This document shows positions 12,601-25,280 of a DNA stretch of 64,000 nt, one piece after another. Source of the stretch: Octopus sinensis. Taxonomy: Eukaryota. The notes beneath the pieces are model-generated. The model did no database searches. It was not told where the DNA came from and saw only the letters and a list, made by a program, of their open reading frames with translations. The translations under genes and the position numbers were made by a program. The stretch is taken from contig NC_043007.1 in assembly GCF_006345805.1 (NCBI RefSeq), positions 35,898,001 to 35,962,000 of the forward strand, in the 5' to 3' direction. How positions within the stretch are numbered: the first letter of the stretch is position 1; each line of letters begins with the position of its first letter.

Positions 12601-14692
12601 TTAAGAAAGAATAAAATCAAAAATTGACATGGGTATGATGTGGTGGGTATACATAGGAAATTCAGTGAAAAGGTGTAATGAGTAGGGAAGCTGATCGTGT
12701 CACGAGGTTAAGCGGAAAAGGTAACCATCTCATAGAAGAAATTTAGTGGAAATAAGACCTAAAATATATATATATAAATTGAATAATAAATATTTTAAAT
12801 TTAGGCATTTGGCCAGCAATCTTGAAGGGAGGCATTCAGCCGATTACATAGCCCCAATACTGGAGTGATACTTTATTTCATCAACCCTGGCGGGGCCAAA
12901 AGACAAGGTTGACCTTGGCGGGATTGGGACTCACAAAAAGAGTAAAGCGCCGAAAATAAAATACTGCAAGGTATTTTATCGATAAGGTATTTTAACGATA
13001 ATAATAATGGTTTCGGATTCTGGTACATGGCCTGAAATTTTAGCGGAGGAGTCTAGTCGATTTCACTGACCCAAGTACTTGACTGATACTTATTTCATCG
13101 ACCCCCGTAAAGATGGAAAACAATGTTGATCTGGACGGGAATTGGATTGAGGGGTAAGAGCCGGAACAAATACTGCAAAGCATTTTGTCCAACGCTCAAA
13201 CCTAATAATAACTATAATTATGATGTCAAATATAAAAATAATAAAGTGAAAATATAATAAAATAGTGATATGTGGGCCAGTAATGACCACTTAAGGGTTT
13301 TTTTTTATATCCAAACGGTAATAATTATAATTTAAAAAATACAAAATAAGGGCGTTATTTAAACAGATGTGTCGTGTGTACATTAGACAGAAGGATAAAC
13401 TAACTAGAGTCAGTTATTTATTTTATTTATGAATGTATCATAAATAGTTCGAGTACTAAAGGATAGTTAGTTTTTATAAATTATACATAATACATACTTA
13501 AACACGTACACAAAAATCTAAAATACTTTTAAGATACCGTGTTTACACACACACACACACTTTACAGCGGATATTTAGCACTGTTTGTAATACAAGTATA
13601 ACCTATAAATGATGATTTGTGTGTCTGTGTATGTATATATAAAGATGTGTGTTGTTTTTCAAAAACGATTGAAGATTGTGGGTGAGGTGGCGAGAATAAT
13701 ATCGGTGTTGTATGACGATGAGTGAAGGAAGGGCGAGAAAACTAGTAAGTCTGGAGACAAAAAAAAAGATAAATTAATGCAATTAATAAGTTAGCTTAGT
13801 GTAAACACGAGGGTGTGATACTTGGACTGCCTTAACTAGAATTCCGCCAAGAAATATATATAAAGACTATTCACTTAAAAGTTGTTGTTTCGCGCCAAGT
13901 AAACACTAATCAATCAAGATTCACCAGTGACCATCCTGTTTTATTTTCTTTTAGGTATAATGGCTGTGTGGTTAAAATGCTCTTCTCAACCACGTGGTTC
14001 GGCCCCATTGCACATTTTGGGCAGGTTACCACAGCTTCCAAAATCCCAACATCAGGCCCTAAGCGTGAAGATCTAAGATCAAAGAACTCCATCATTTTCT
14101 TATATACAGGACCATATCATTCAATGTAACAATTTTTTAAGTCGATGGGGTGTGATTTTTATTACCATATTTCTGTTGAAATATATTGCCTTTGCTTCAA
14201 TTAATTTTAAAGTAATATTGAATTTAGTAAAAAACAACTTTGTTATTAATAAGCTAATGTTCAGAACAAAAATCAATATGAAATTTTGATGGAAGGTTTT
14301 TAATTTTGATCACTTCAAAACAGCAAATTTACATATTTATCTTCAGCTAGACACAAGCGGGTTTTATAACCTTCATTGAGCTTGACGGTTAGGTACTTAA
14401 AATAAAAAATGTTCATTTTTGAGACAGCCGGGCGTGATTCTAGGAAGATTTGATGACAAACAGGTCAAGCGTCACCTATTTTACTTAAAAGTACTTGTCA
14501 TTGTGAGACGGACAATTTGATGGGGAAGGGTATAAGAGATTGATTAGAGAAAGCATAGGGGAATTAGGGAGGGGAAAAAAGAGAGAGACAAACAGAATAG
14601 GAATTGAAAAGTCAGCAGTTTTATTAGAAACGTTATGAGGGCAATTTCAATGGTCAGAGTAATATGAGAAATTACATGTAATGCGATATTGT

Positions 14693-15132
14693 TACCGCCG
14701 GTCTCCTATTTCACTATTGTAAAATAAATTAAGAAATCAGTTTTGTTTAAACTGATGCGAAGAAAACAGCATTTATTGATGTTAAAGATCATACATATGA
14801 GGAAGTTTATCGCCAAATAAGAAAAAAAATTATAAGGCATATTGTTCACGAATTGCTAGTAATATTCGACTGAAATGATTGTTGCTAAAAGTCCAATTGC
14901 GCCAAATAAATTCTGAAGGATACGAGTGAATAATGCTCGGCTCGTCCCACACTGACGACGAATTTTCTTTTCAGCGTGGCTCCACAGCCCTTCAATTCGT
15001 TGGGCATGGGTTTCTAGATCATTCGGATCAACGAAGTTCTGCGAGTGGTCGATAGTGGATTGGGGATAAATTAAACAAAATTGTTTTCTTAATTTTTTTA
15101 CAACAGTAAAATAGGAGACGGCCGTTATTGCC
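14693..15132 (-). mobile_element. Merlin (IS1595/ISXO2-like) transposon deletion derivative with ~60-bp TIRs
   Basis: TIDHSQNFVDPNDLETHAQRIEGLWSHAEKKIRRQCGTSRALF matches the HTVNHS.NFVDP..HTQ.IE..W motif. Inverted repeats at 14693-14750 and 15071-15132. Confidence 0.82.
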
Positions 15133-15858
15133 ATTGCCTGCTGGCCCGATCATAAATGTTCCAACCGTGACAATTCTGCCTTTTTTTTTCTTCTTTGAAA
15201 CAGTGTAACCAAGACTACATAAATTAAAGTCTGTTTTTATTCAGCCGGTAGATTAGGGTTCGAGGGAGATTTAGCAGTGGTAGTACGAATAGTAGTATAT
15301 TGCTGTTCAGAGTTCCAGCCGTGAACATCTCGTTTTTTTTTTTTCTTTTTAGACATGAAGTTAATTTGTTACTTTTTAAAGAGTGCATGTATGCGATTTG
15401 AGGAAGATCTTGGTGATATTTCTAACATGCCAAATGATCACAAAAAAATTTGCTTGATAATTCGAATTACAAACGGAAGTTTGATCATAAAACAGAATTA
15501 GAACCACGCCTTAGTCAACTCACGTATTCTGAAACAAGCCTCCCGTTCCTAATACCTTGAAATTAACCATACAGCAATATAATACAGCTGTTTATTTGCT
15601 TAGTATTGATATACTGTTCAAGGTATAGCAGATAGCAATGACAAATGACACAGAAAGACACCGTTATATAATGTAGCCAAACCGTTAGCTTCTATCACTT
15701 TTCAATCATCGAAAAGTGCTTATATTCATTCTACTCAAAAAAACTGACACGAAAGAAATGAGTAAAAAGATCGCGATCGATAGATAGATGTACATATAAA
15801 CATATGCACACTTAGATGTAGAAACGAGAGAAAAGTACACGATGCATGTCGAGTTTTG

Positions 15859-15923
15859 TTCATTCATTTGAAGCTGAGGCTCGTTTGGAGCGGAGAGTGA
15901 AGCCTCAGCTTGGAATGAATGAA
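15859..15923. ncRNA. pre-miRNA-like hairpin (candidate)
   Basis: TTCATTCATT-TG-AAGCTGAGGCT / 19-nt loop / AGCCTCAGCTT-GG-AATGAATGAA: 10+11 bp perfect stems in a 65-nt hairpin. Confidence 0.35.
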
Positions 15924-16265
15924 TGATTACACACACACGTACATTGAAAGACTAATTTCATCTACAGAAATAGGCAAGTGAAGTCAATCATCTGACTTCC
16001 TCTCCCATCCAAGAACTCCATACATCGCCGGTTACTTTCATACACAAACATAGTACATCTATCTCTATAGACTTACGGTTCAATAAAGCAGTTGAAATAA
16101 CATCTTTTCTATATTACGATTGTCAAAGCGGATTATTATTTTTTTTCTTTCTGCTACTAGCGTGCTCAAACAGATATTTTGTAAACAAATTCGGATGTGT
16201 ATCTTGATTGTGAATGGATTTATTTGTCAGTGTTTGTACACAACATATACACAGATGTGTGCGTG

Positions 16266-16318
<53 letters not shown>

Positions 16319-16517
16319 TCGCGCACACACTTAAAAAGAAAGTGAAAGACGATTGGCAACAGCGAGTGTTTAATGGCAAAATTAAATAAGTATTTGTTGT
16401 TGTGAGTTGTTGAAGACTATAATCAGACTAAATAATCATGTTACTAATCACTTGAGTATAAGTATTTTCATTGAGAAAATAGTTCTTTTCTGGTTATTTT
16501 TTTTCTTTTTTACACAG

Positions 16518-16771
16518 TTTTCGTTTTATACAACACTTTTTTCTCCTACCCCGCTGTCCATTTTTTTTTCCAGACGATAGTATTGGCAAGAAGAAAAGAA
16601 TAGCGTAAAAAAAAAACGTAATGCAACGTGAAAGAGTAACACATGAATATAGTAAGATAAGCCTGACTGACTGATAGATGACAAGCGAAAAAAAAAGATC
16701 GACTTACTAGCCCATAGTTTTCTCTCCTCAAGATCCATGGTATTTCGTGAAAAAACGTGATGTTTTAGAAT
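16518..16771 (+). other. Candidate non-coding (5'UTR) exon
   Basis: Long polypyrimidine tract + ACACAG acceptor (16516-17) and GTAAGT donor (16772). No long ORF. At the edge of the CpG-rich domain. Confidence 0.3.
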
Positions 16772-17176
16772 GTAAGTTTATATATATATATATATATTTC
16801 TGTGTGTACGTATATAAGTTTTCCACTTTCTTCCGATTATAAATCTATCTATATATAAATATCTTTTTTTTTTTTAGCTTCCCACTCGCTTGCTCATTAG
16901 GTACGAACCATGAATTACAAGTCCATGTGTATGCTGGAAGCTAATGCTAAAGTGCCCTATACGTGGCGCCACCACACCAATTAGCGAATACTTGCGGGGA
17001 GACAATTAATGACAGGAGTAGATAACTCGAACATATGTTTCGCTGAGTTTTATCTCTTCGTAGACAAGGAAAAAGTATTAGAGACCAGTGTCTTCTATTA
17101 TAGCCCCGGGCTGACCAAAGTTCTGTGAGTGGATTTGGTAGAAGGAAAGTAAAAGAAGCTGTCGTGTATGTACGCA

Positions 17177-17251
<75 letters not shown>

Positions 17252-17789
17252 TGTATACATACATGCATACATACATACATACATATATATATCATCATCA
17301 TCATCATCATCATCGTTTAACGTCCGCTTACCATGGCTTGGACGATTTGACCGAGGGCTGACGAACCAGATGGCTGACATAAATACATATATATATTTAT
17401 AATTCCAAGAGAGTTAGAGGTTGTGAATCCAACCAAGAGATAATATCTATCCAATATACTGCTGGTAGAATACCCAATTAGTAATATACAAGTGTTTTTT
17501 TTTCATTGCATGGCAATTACACTACTGAATGTAATAAATGTTCTATGTTATATATTTTAATAATTACTGGAATTTTTATATATGTAAAGCATAATATGTT
17601 ATAATTATTTTTTTAAAATAAATAAATAGACATAATATAATGTCTAAAAGTTTATGAATACCACCTCCTGATCCCTTCCATTTTCTTACTGCCATATATA
17701 TATGTGTGTGTATAGTCTTTTTACATGTTTCACTGTTAGTCTGTGGTCATGCTGGAGCACTGCATTAAGAAATTTTTAGTTGTACTTAT

Positions 17790-18265
17790 TGCAGCCACGC
17801 ATGTCCAGAGCCCTGTTAAGAATACTCCTGATGTGTTGGGCAATATGGTATGTTTGAGAAGCTGATGCTCCCTGGGTGGCTCCCATGACAATGGCACATA
17901 AAAGCATCAACCAATGCCAGGTCCACCTGACTAGCTCCTGTGCCGGTGGCACATAAAAAGCACCAACCGATCGTGACCAATGCCAGTACACCTTTACTGG
18001 CTCCTGTGCTGGTGGCATGTAAAAAGCATCATCCGAACGTGTTTTTTGCCAGGCCTGCCTTACTGGCTCCAGTGTTGATGGCACATAAAAAGCACCCACT
18101 ACACTCTTGGAGTGGTTGGTGTTAGGAAGGGCATCCAGGTCTAGAAACTCTACCAGACCAGATTGGAGCCTGGTGCAGCTGCTGGCTCTCCAGACCTCAG
18201 TCAAACCGTCCAACCCATGCCAACATGGAAAACGGACGTTCATCAATGAGGATGATGATGATGAT
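17790..18265 (-). mobile_element. Family C repeat, with mixed-orientation internal units
   Basis: GGCACATAAAAAGCACC units and CACTACACTCTTGGAGTGGTTGGTGTTAGGAAGGGCATCC. Orientation label uncertain. Confidence 0.55.
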
Positions 18266-18299
18266 TATTGACCCAAGTATTTATTTTCTTTTTAAGCTT

Positions 18300-18643
18300 G
18301 GTATTTATTCTATCGGTTACCTTCACTGAACCACTCAGTTGTGGAGGCATAAATACACCAAAACTAGATGTCAAGCAATGGTGAGGAACAAGCACAGACA
18401 TAAAGACGCACACACATATATATACGAGACACACTTCTTTCAGTTTCCGTTTACCAAATCCACTCAGAAGGCTTAAGTCGGTCTGAGGCTATAGTAGAAA
18501 ACACTTCTCTAAGGTGCCATGCAGTGGGACTGAACCTGGAACCATGTCGTTGGGAAGCAGGTTTCTTAACACACAGCCATGCAGTGGGACTGAACCTGGA
18601 ACCATGTCGTTGGGAAGCAGGTTTCTTAACACACAGCCATGCA
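18300..18643 (-). mobile_element. SINE family A with a perfect 60-bp internal tandem duplication
   Basis: 18516-18643 repeats exactly with period 60. Confidence 0.75.
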
Positions 18644-18841
18644 TGTGTGTGTGTGTGTGTGTACCCACTACAGCTAGACGACTAGTGCAGGTCTGTTTAC
18701 GTCCCAGCAACTTAGCAGTTTGGCAAAAAGAGATTGATAGAATAGATACTAGATTCAAAAATAAGCACAGCCTTTAAAGTGATGCCTGAGCATGACCACA
18801 ATGCAATGAGTGGGACAAGTAAATGATAAGGTAAAATATAA

Positions 18842-19915
18842 GATATGTGCATCTCTGATCATGAGCAGAAGTAGTGGGGGAGCATCATAGACATGTGTTG
18901 AAAGGAATTCTTGGAGGTTTGGATAATTCACCTTTGGAAACATGGGTGGTTCATTCAATATCCTTAAACAATCCTTATTCAAGGACCTTTTAAGCGGGAT
19001 GGGTTACTCAAGCAGAAGAAAATTCTAACTGGGCACCACTTGCAAGGTCATGTGCTGTTTATCTTGATCATCATCATCATTGTTCGACCGTGGTCGAGAC
19101 AATGGAATTTACCATGTTGCGCCAGACTTCACGGTCCATCATAGCATTACGGAGGTCCTGTTGCTGGATGCCTGTATCCCTGGAGATTACATCAGGGTAG
19201 GAGAGTGTGCGCCCTCTGGTGTTGCGAGTAGATGGCTTCCAGAGGAGAAGAGTAGAAATTACTTCTTTTTCAGCTCTACAACAATGTCCAGCAAACTGGA
19301 CTCTCCTACCTTTCACAAGAGATGATACAGGAGGTAATTTCCCATATATTTGCATTTTAGTTGGATGGCGCCTCCACGAGAGATTTTGAGCTCTCATAAG
19401 GAGGCGAGTGTAGGTTCCATCCAACCGCCTCTCAAGCTTCTTTGATAACGTCCAGGTTTCTGAGCCATATAGTAGGATTGGTTCGACTGTGGCTTTGAAT
19501 ATTTCAAGTTTGATGTCTCTACTTAGATTTGATGACCAGATCTTATGCATGTCATTACAGGCTGACCAGGCCATACCCTTTCTAGTTAGAAAGTCTTTTC
19601 CAGATGATGATATGTATGACCCAAGATATTTATAATCAGAAACCATATTTAAAGGTGCACTGTTGAGAGTGTGGATGATGCAATCACTGTTGGACAGGCA
19701 CTTGTTTATGTATTCAGTTTTGGTCTCATTGAGGTAAAGACCTACACAATTGATATGAGATGACCATGTCGCGCACATATGGTTGTGATGCATGTGCCTA
19801 GTGTACCCTTATCAGACAGACAAGTAGTCATGATGGGTATACTGGGCTTCGTATATTTTACCCCAGAGTCACTTTGATGGCATGCACTGCTCTCTCACTC
19901 AATAATAATAATAAT
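18842..19915 (+). mobile_element. Retroposon-like family D with (AAT)n tail, split by an RTE insertion
   Basis: Homologous to 26322-26870, 38068-38450 and 47480-47892; ends GCACTGCTCTCTCACTCAATAATAAT. Confidence 0.7.
19069..19749 (-). mobile_element. RTE-like non-LTR retrotransposon, 5'-truncated, ORF still open
   Basis: YKYLGS (RT domain 7 region), ILLYGSETWTL, FAGHC; (TGA)n tail; TTGAT duplicated at 19064-68 and 19750-54. Confidence 0.9.
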
Positions 19916-20744
19916 AACAACGATGATGATAATAATAATAATAATAACAGTGATGATGATGATGATAACAACAACGATGATGATGATGATAACAACAACA
20001 ATGATGATAATAATAATAATGATGATAATAATAATAATAATAATAAGAAGAAGAAGAAGAAGAAGAGTACAGGAATAAATTATGTTTATTGTACACCAAC
20101 TAATGTAGTATTGTATGGTATGCCCAATCAGTGATTTTCTCACCCCTATTTCAGCATTTACAGTGAAGATCATTCATCGCTCACAATACAATAACAGAGA
20201 CTAAGAAAAGATTATAAATAGGTAAACAATAAAAAGAGCTGAAAGCTAAAAGAAATCCAACAAAAAAACTACAATTTCTTGGAAGTCATCCCCCAAAAAA
20301 AACCTTCCTAGGAGTGTCCATCATTCCTAAATATTTTTATTAAAGTCAGGCATAAAAATAGTTGAGGATTGGGTCTGTCTGACCAGAAATATCCTGCAAA
20401 TAAAAATGCAGGAAATACAAACCAGCCAGGTTACTTCTATTCAGTCAACCAACTTGCTAGAAATGGCAGCCAAAATTCTTCTTCATATTACATCCTGTTG
20501 GCATTTTGTTTTTTATTTTCTGTTTTTGTTGTTAAGGGACAAATAGGGAAACATTAAATAACGCAGTCCTTGATATACTGTGCCTGAATACTGCAGGAAA
20601 GAAGAAGAGATAGTCAAGGGATAAGAGTCCTTTTGACCATAAATTTAAAACAAAAAACTACCAGGGACCTTCTGTGTCTGTCTTCTGTCCATTTGTGCAT
20701 TCAGTATACACTATACGTTTTTTACAATACATTTTAAATTTTAT

Positions 20745-20789
<45 letters not shown>

Positions 20790-20804
<15 letters not shown>

Positions 20805-21000
20805 AGAGTTTACGAAAAAAAACAAAAGACGAAGACAGGTGGTGTACAAAACAAACAGATGTATTAGTATAACGCTCAGGAATAGAATAAGTCTTTTACG
20901 TTTCAAGCCTACACTCTTCTACAGAAAGGGACACAGAAAAAACAAGGAGAGAAAAAAATGTGTGTAGTGGCTAACAGTCTATCATGGCGACTAGTGCCGG
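20790..21000 (-). mobile_element. Penelope-LTR-like repeat with hammerhead-like motif
   Basis: On (-): CTTT-CTGTAGA-A-GAGT-GTAG-GCTT-GAAA-CG-TA-AAAG. Homologous to 42640-42870. Confidence 0.5.
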
Positions 21001-21040
21001 ACAGAAGTGTCAAACACAGGAAGGAAAGTAGGGGAGATAT

Positions 21041-21593
21041 ATTTCCATGCTGGCCACTTGATAAGATCGCTATTTAATCTAAATTAATGATCTTATCCTT
21101 ATTTATATAACTTAAAATTTATTTCATCATTGTATTTACTGCGGTGATGTTTTAACCATATCGCACATGGAATTAAGAAGCGGGCATTTTAAACTGGTCA
21201 TGATGCATACGTGCATATATATTTATGTATACGTTTGTATATGTGACTATTCGTATGTTGTATTTATAAGTATATGTATTTATGTTTCTCTCTGCGTATA
21301 TTCCACTGATGAGGCAAAGCATTTCTAAATGCAAAGTCAGAAATCCGGGATCTGGAATTATCCAGTAATTTTTACTAGTTTTATTTTGTCTTTTTGTCTT
21401 CTCTCCTTGTGCTATATGAATATTTAAGGTGGTTTTAGAGTAAGATCCTGGCTGCTATTTTCAGCATGATGGTATCTCATACATACACTAAGTTATAATT
21501 TTAATAATAATTATTACTTTTGAAGGTTTTTATTTCCATGCTGGCCACTTGATAAGATCATTATTTAATTTAAATTAACGATCTTATCCTTAT
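21041..21593 (+). mobile_element. Hammerhead-bearing repeat family F, unit-plus copy with ~62-nt terminal direct repeats
   Basis: ATTTCCATGCTGGCCACTTGATAAGATC...GATCTTATCCTTAT at 21041-21102 and 21532-21593 (period 491). Confidence 0.7.
21300..21358 (+). ncRNA. Type I hammerhead ribozyme-like motif
   Basis: Stem I ATTCCA/TGGAAT; CTGATGA; stem II GGC..GCATT-TCTA-AATGC..GTC; extra A; GAAA; TCCGGGA; ATC triplet. Covaries with the 1883-1940 copy. Confidence 0.62.
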
Positions 21594-21774
21594 ACACATA
21601 CATGTGTGTGTGTGTAATTATCAGTTTGTTGCCCATAAGTTAGAAAATAGTACATTCAATATGAGAAATGAAGACTCTTCAGAATCAAAGATAGGCCCAA
21701 TGTTACAATGCCAGCCAACTCAATATGGCAGTTAAAAGAGGATCCCTTACCATACAAAAGCAACCAGAAATTGT

Positions 21775-23300
21775 TACAACGACCTGGACCACATCTGAAT
21801 GGAAGTGGTGATCATTGCAAGCTTTGGTTGGTAAAAAGGACAAATCACCCTCATCCATATGCATCACATGACCATACCAACACAGACTTCTCTCTTACAT
21901 GCAACATATGATGCCTCATACACCCAATTTTTCTCTTAATCATTTACACTCTGTCATGCATGCACACTGACATTACCCATCCAGTGGAGCATGCTGGCTT
22001 CATTTCTTTCAAGCTTTCACAGGTCCTCTGTAAATACAGCCCATGTTTCACTGCCATGCAGCATTGTTGTACATACACAGGCATCATACAATCTACCTTT
22101 CACTTTGAGGTGGAGATCCTTTGTTACTAACAACGGTAGTAGCTCACTGAACTTTGCCCAGCCCATTCTTATTCTAGCAACTACACTTTCAGAATTTCTT
22201 CATCCACAGCTAACTTGTTCATGTAGATAAAGGAAGCTGTCCACACCTAAAATTTCCTCTCTAGTTCAGGTAGGGATTCCGTTATAAGAACAAGATCATC
22301 TGCATAGAGGAGCTCCCAAGGGCAGTCAGTTTTGAATTCTACTGTAATGGCCTAGAGGATCATGCTAAACATGAGGGGACTAAGAACCAATCCTTGGCAA
22401 ACTCCTACTTATAAATGAAATCCATTGCTTTACTCATTGCCAACCTTTACCTTACTGACAATATCCCTGTACATGGCTTGTACTGCTCTCACCAGCAACT
22501 CATATATCCCTAGTTTCCACATTGACCACCAGATGAGGGAGCCAAGTACAGAGGGGTGCACTCTTCACTTGGGAAGGACATTCCATTTATAAATAACAAT
22601 CTTTCCCACTTTCTGGTGTGACTATAGTCAATCTGGCTTGTGTGGCCATCAGATTGACGAGTGAACTGATGACTGGCTGATTTTCTTAAGTTAATATTGC
22701 AGATCATAAGGTCATTTGCATCACAGAACTCAAGCAGCCTAATTCCCTCCTCACTGTGGGAACCAACTCCATAGTTTCCATGCATCTGATAGAAGCTGTC
22801 CAGCGTGTCCATTGAAGTCATGAGCCATGAAGAGAGGGTCACTGTTATTTGTTCATGGAATAAACTGTAAAAGGGTGTCATAAAAATTGATCTTTCTGTT
22901 TGTCTGGCAGCCCTGGTCCAGAAGCATAGACAGAAATAATAGTTGCTAATCCACTTTGCAAAACCAGTTTAAGCCTAAGAATCCTATCACACACTATGAC
23001 TACTTCAATTGCCTTATCAACCCATTTCTCAGCAAGAAGTATGCCCACACCACAAACCCCCATCACTATTACCGATCCTGAAGATTTTATACTTATGTTC
23101 TTTGCCTGTGAAGAATCTGGCAGAAGCTCCCCTCAATCTTACCTCTTGAATGCAACACACATCTACATACCTTTGTTCCAGCATCTCATCAATCTCATCA
23201 GAGCTACCTTTCAATGTGCTCACATTGAGTGTGCCAAATCTAAGGTGAGGAAGAGAACAGTGGAAGCAACCTGCATCTGAAAAGAAAGTTTGCATGGATG
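21775..23300 (-). mobile_element. RTE-clade LINE relic: APE endonuclease plus RT, with internal deletions, stops and frameshifts
   Basis: FGTLNVSTL, CCIQEVR, GVGILLAEKW, IISVYA, SQIDY (APE); WELLYADDLVL (YADD at 22295-22306); LHGSETWA. Confidence 0.9.
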
Positions 23301-23850
23301 TTTACCAGACATATTGTAAAAGTTCATATATCTTATCTTGCATTTAATTTACCACCATACATTCACTTGGGACTTACCACGTCAATCAGAGGAAGAAGGA
23401 GGTGGTATGTACCACTGTTTATACAAAGATAGAGTAGATAAAATACTGCAAATAAATAGTCCCACTTGCCACATCTACCACAAGAGCAGGATGCAGTATA
23501 CATCATTGCTTATACAAGATAAGATAGATAGATAAACTAGAGCTGATAATTAGCCCATGGGACATACACTTGTCAAATTACTAATGCTAACAAGCTTGCA
23601 ATGCTGTTTTTATGTTGTTGCACTAGTATTGCTGTTGGTGCCCAGTGCTCTGATGTTGGCAGGGAGAAGAATGGGGTGGGAGAGAGGTTTCTGTACAAGT
23701 TTCCAATATAGAAGGTTCCAGGAGGAAAATGTCTGGTATAAGTAATGGGGGTGGGATGGGAGGGTGCACCATGACCTACCAGCCACATGATTGAAACTTC
23801 CAACAAAAATGCAGCGTCTAGAATGTAACAAAATAGCGTGAGAGAGCAGG

Positions 23851-23882
<32 letters not shown>

Positions 23883-23891
23883 CAGGATATA

Positions 23892-23943
<52 letters not shown>

Positions 23944-23954
23944 ATATATATATA

Positions 23955-24355
23955 CTATTTTACTTGTTTCAGTCATGTGACTGTGGCCATTCTGGAGCTC
24001 TGCCTTTGGTCGAACAGATTGACCCTAGGACTTATTCTTTGTAAGCCTGGTACTTATTCTATCGGTCTCTTTTGCCAAACTGCTAAGTTACGGGGACGTA
24101 AACACACCAGCATCGGTTGTCAAGCGATGTTGGGGGGGACAAACACAGACACACAACCATACACACACACACACACATATATATATACATATATACAACA
24201 AGCAGCTTCTTTCAGTTTCCGTCTACCAAATCCACTCACAAGGCTTTGGTCGGCCCGAGGCTATAGTAGAAGACACTTGCCCAAGGTGCCACGCAGTGGG
24301 ACTGAACCCGGAACCATGTGGCTGGTAAGCAAGCTACTTACCACACAGCCCCTCC
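23955..24355 (-). mobile_element. SINE family A, near full length
   Basis: Complete head-to-tail match to the family A consensus. Confidence 0.85.
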
Positions 24356-24892
24356 TACACCTATAATATATTGTATTTGGGTAGGGTCACTTTTTAAATT
24401 ACCAAATAAACACATGCACTATATATTTGTTCTTCACTCGTTTATTACTGTTCTTATGTTAACTCATGTCCAAATACAGGACGCTATATAATGAAGATGG
24501 ACAGTGTAGCGAAAATGAATAATATAGTTTTATGATTAAAACAGGGAAAACAAAAATTCAGTTTATCTGAACAATTCATGGTAGTCATTTAAAGGCCAGG
24601 TAATCCTGCATGTGTTAAGCAAGGTAAACAAAATGATATTTGTGGTGGATCATATTCGTGTGTGTGTGTGACGTGTGTATGTATGTATTTGTAAGCACTC
24701 AAATATGTGACAAAATTATGTGCATATGTGTGTGGATGCATACCAATGCAAATATCGGAATGTAAATATATCTATGTGTTCTATATGTAGATAAACAAAC
24801 ACACACACATACACACACATGCATACACTTCCTTAACTCTAAATTTGACAGATTTGACAGCCACCATTTAAACCAATTGTTCTCTCCCTCTA

Positions 24893-25220
<328 letters not shown>

Positions 25221-25280
25221 GTCTTTCCTCTTTATATCTTTCTAGCTCTGCTTCTCTCTTTCCCATTCTTTTATTTCGTC

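Noticed and set aside
18516-18643. Perfect 60-bp direct repeat
   Set aside because: Internal slippage duplication within a SINE at a GCCATGCA microhomology, or an assembly artefact; not a repeat-spacer array.
20369-20557. ORF with a GPI-signal-like or hydrophobic end, and an overlapping MAAKILL... frame
   Set aside because: No compatible splice sites; hydrophobicity comes from a T-rich tract.
23557-23745. 62-aa ORF with a hydrophobic N-half
   Set aside because: No splice partner or domain; likely chance in intronic sequence.
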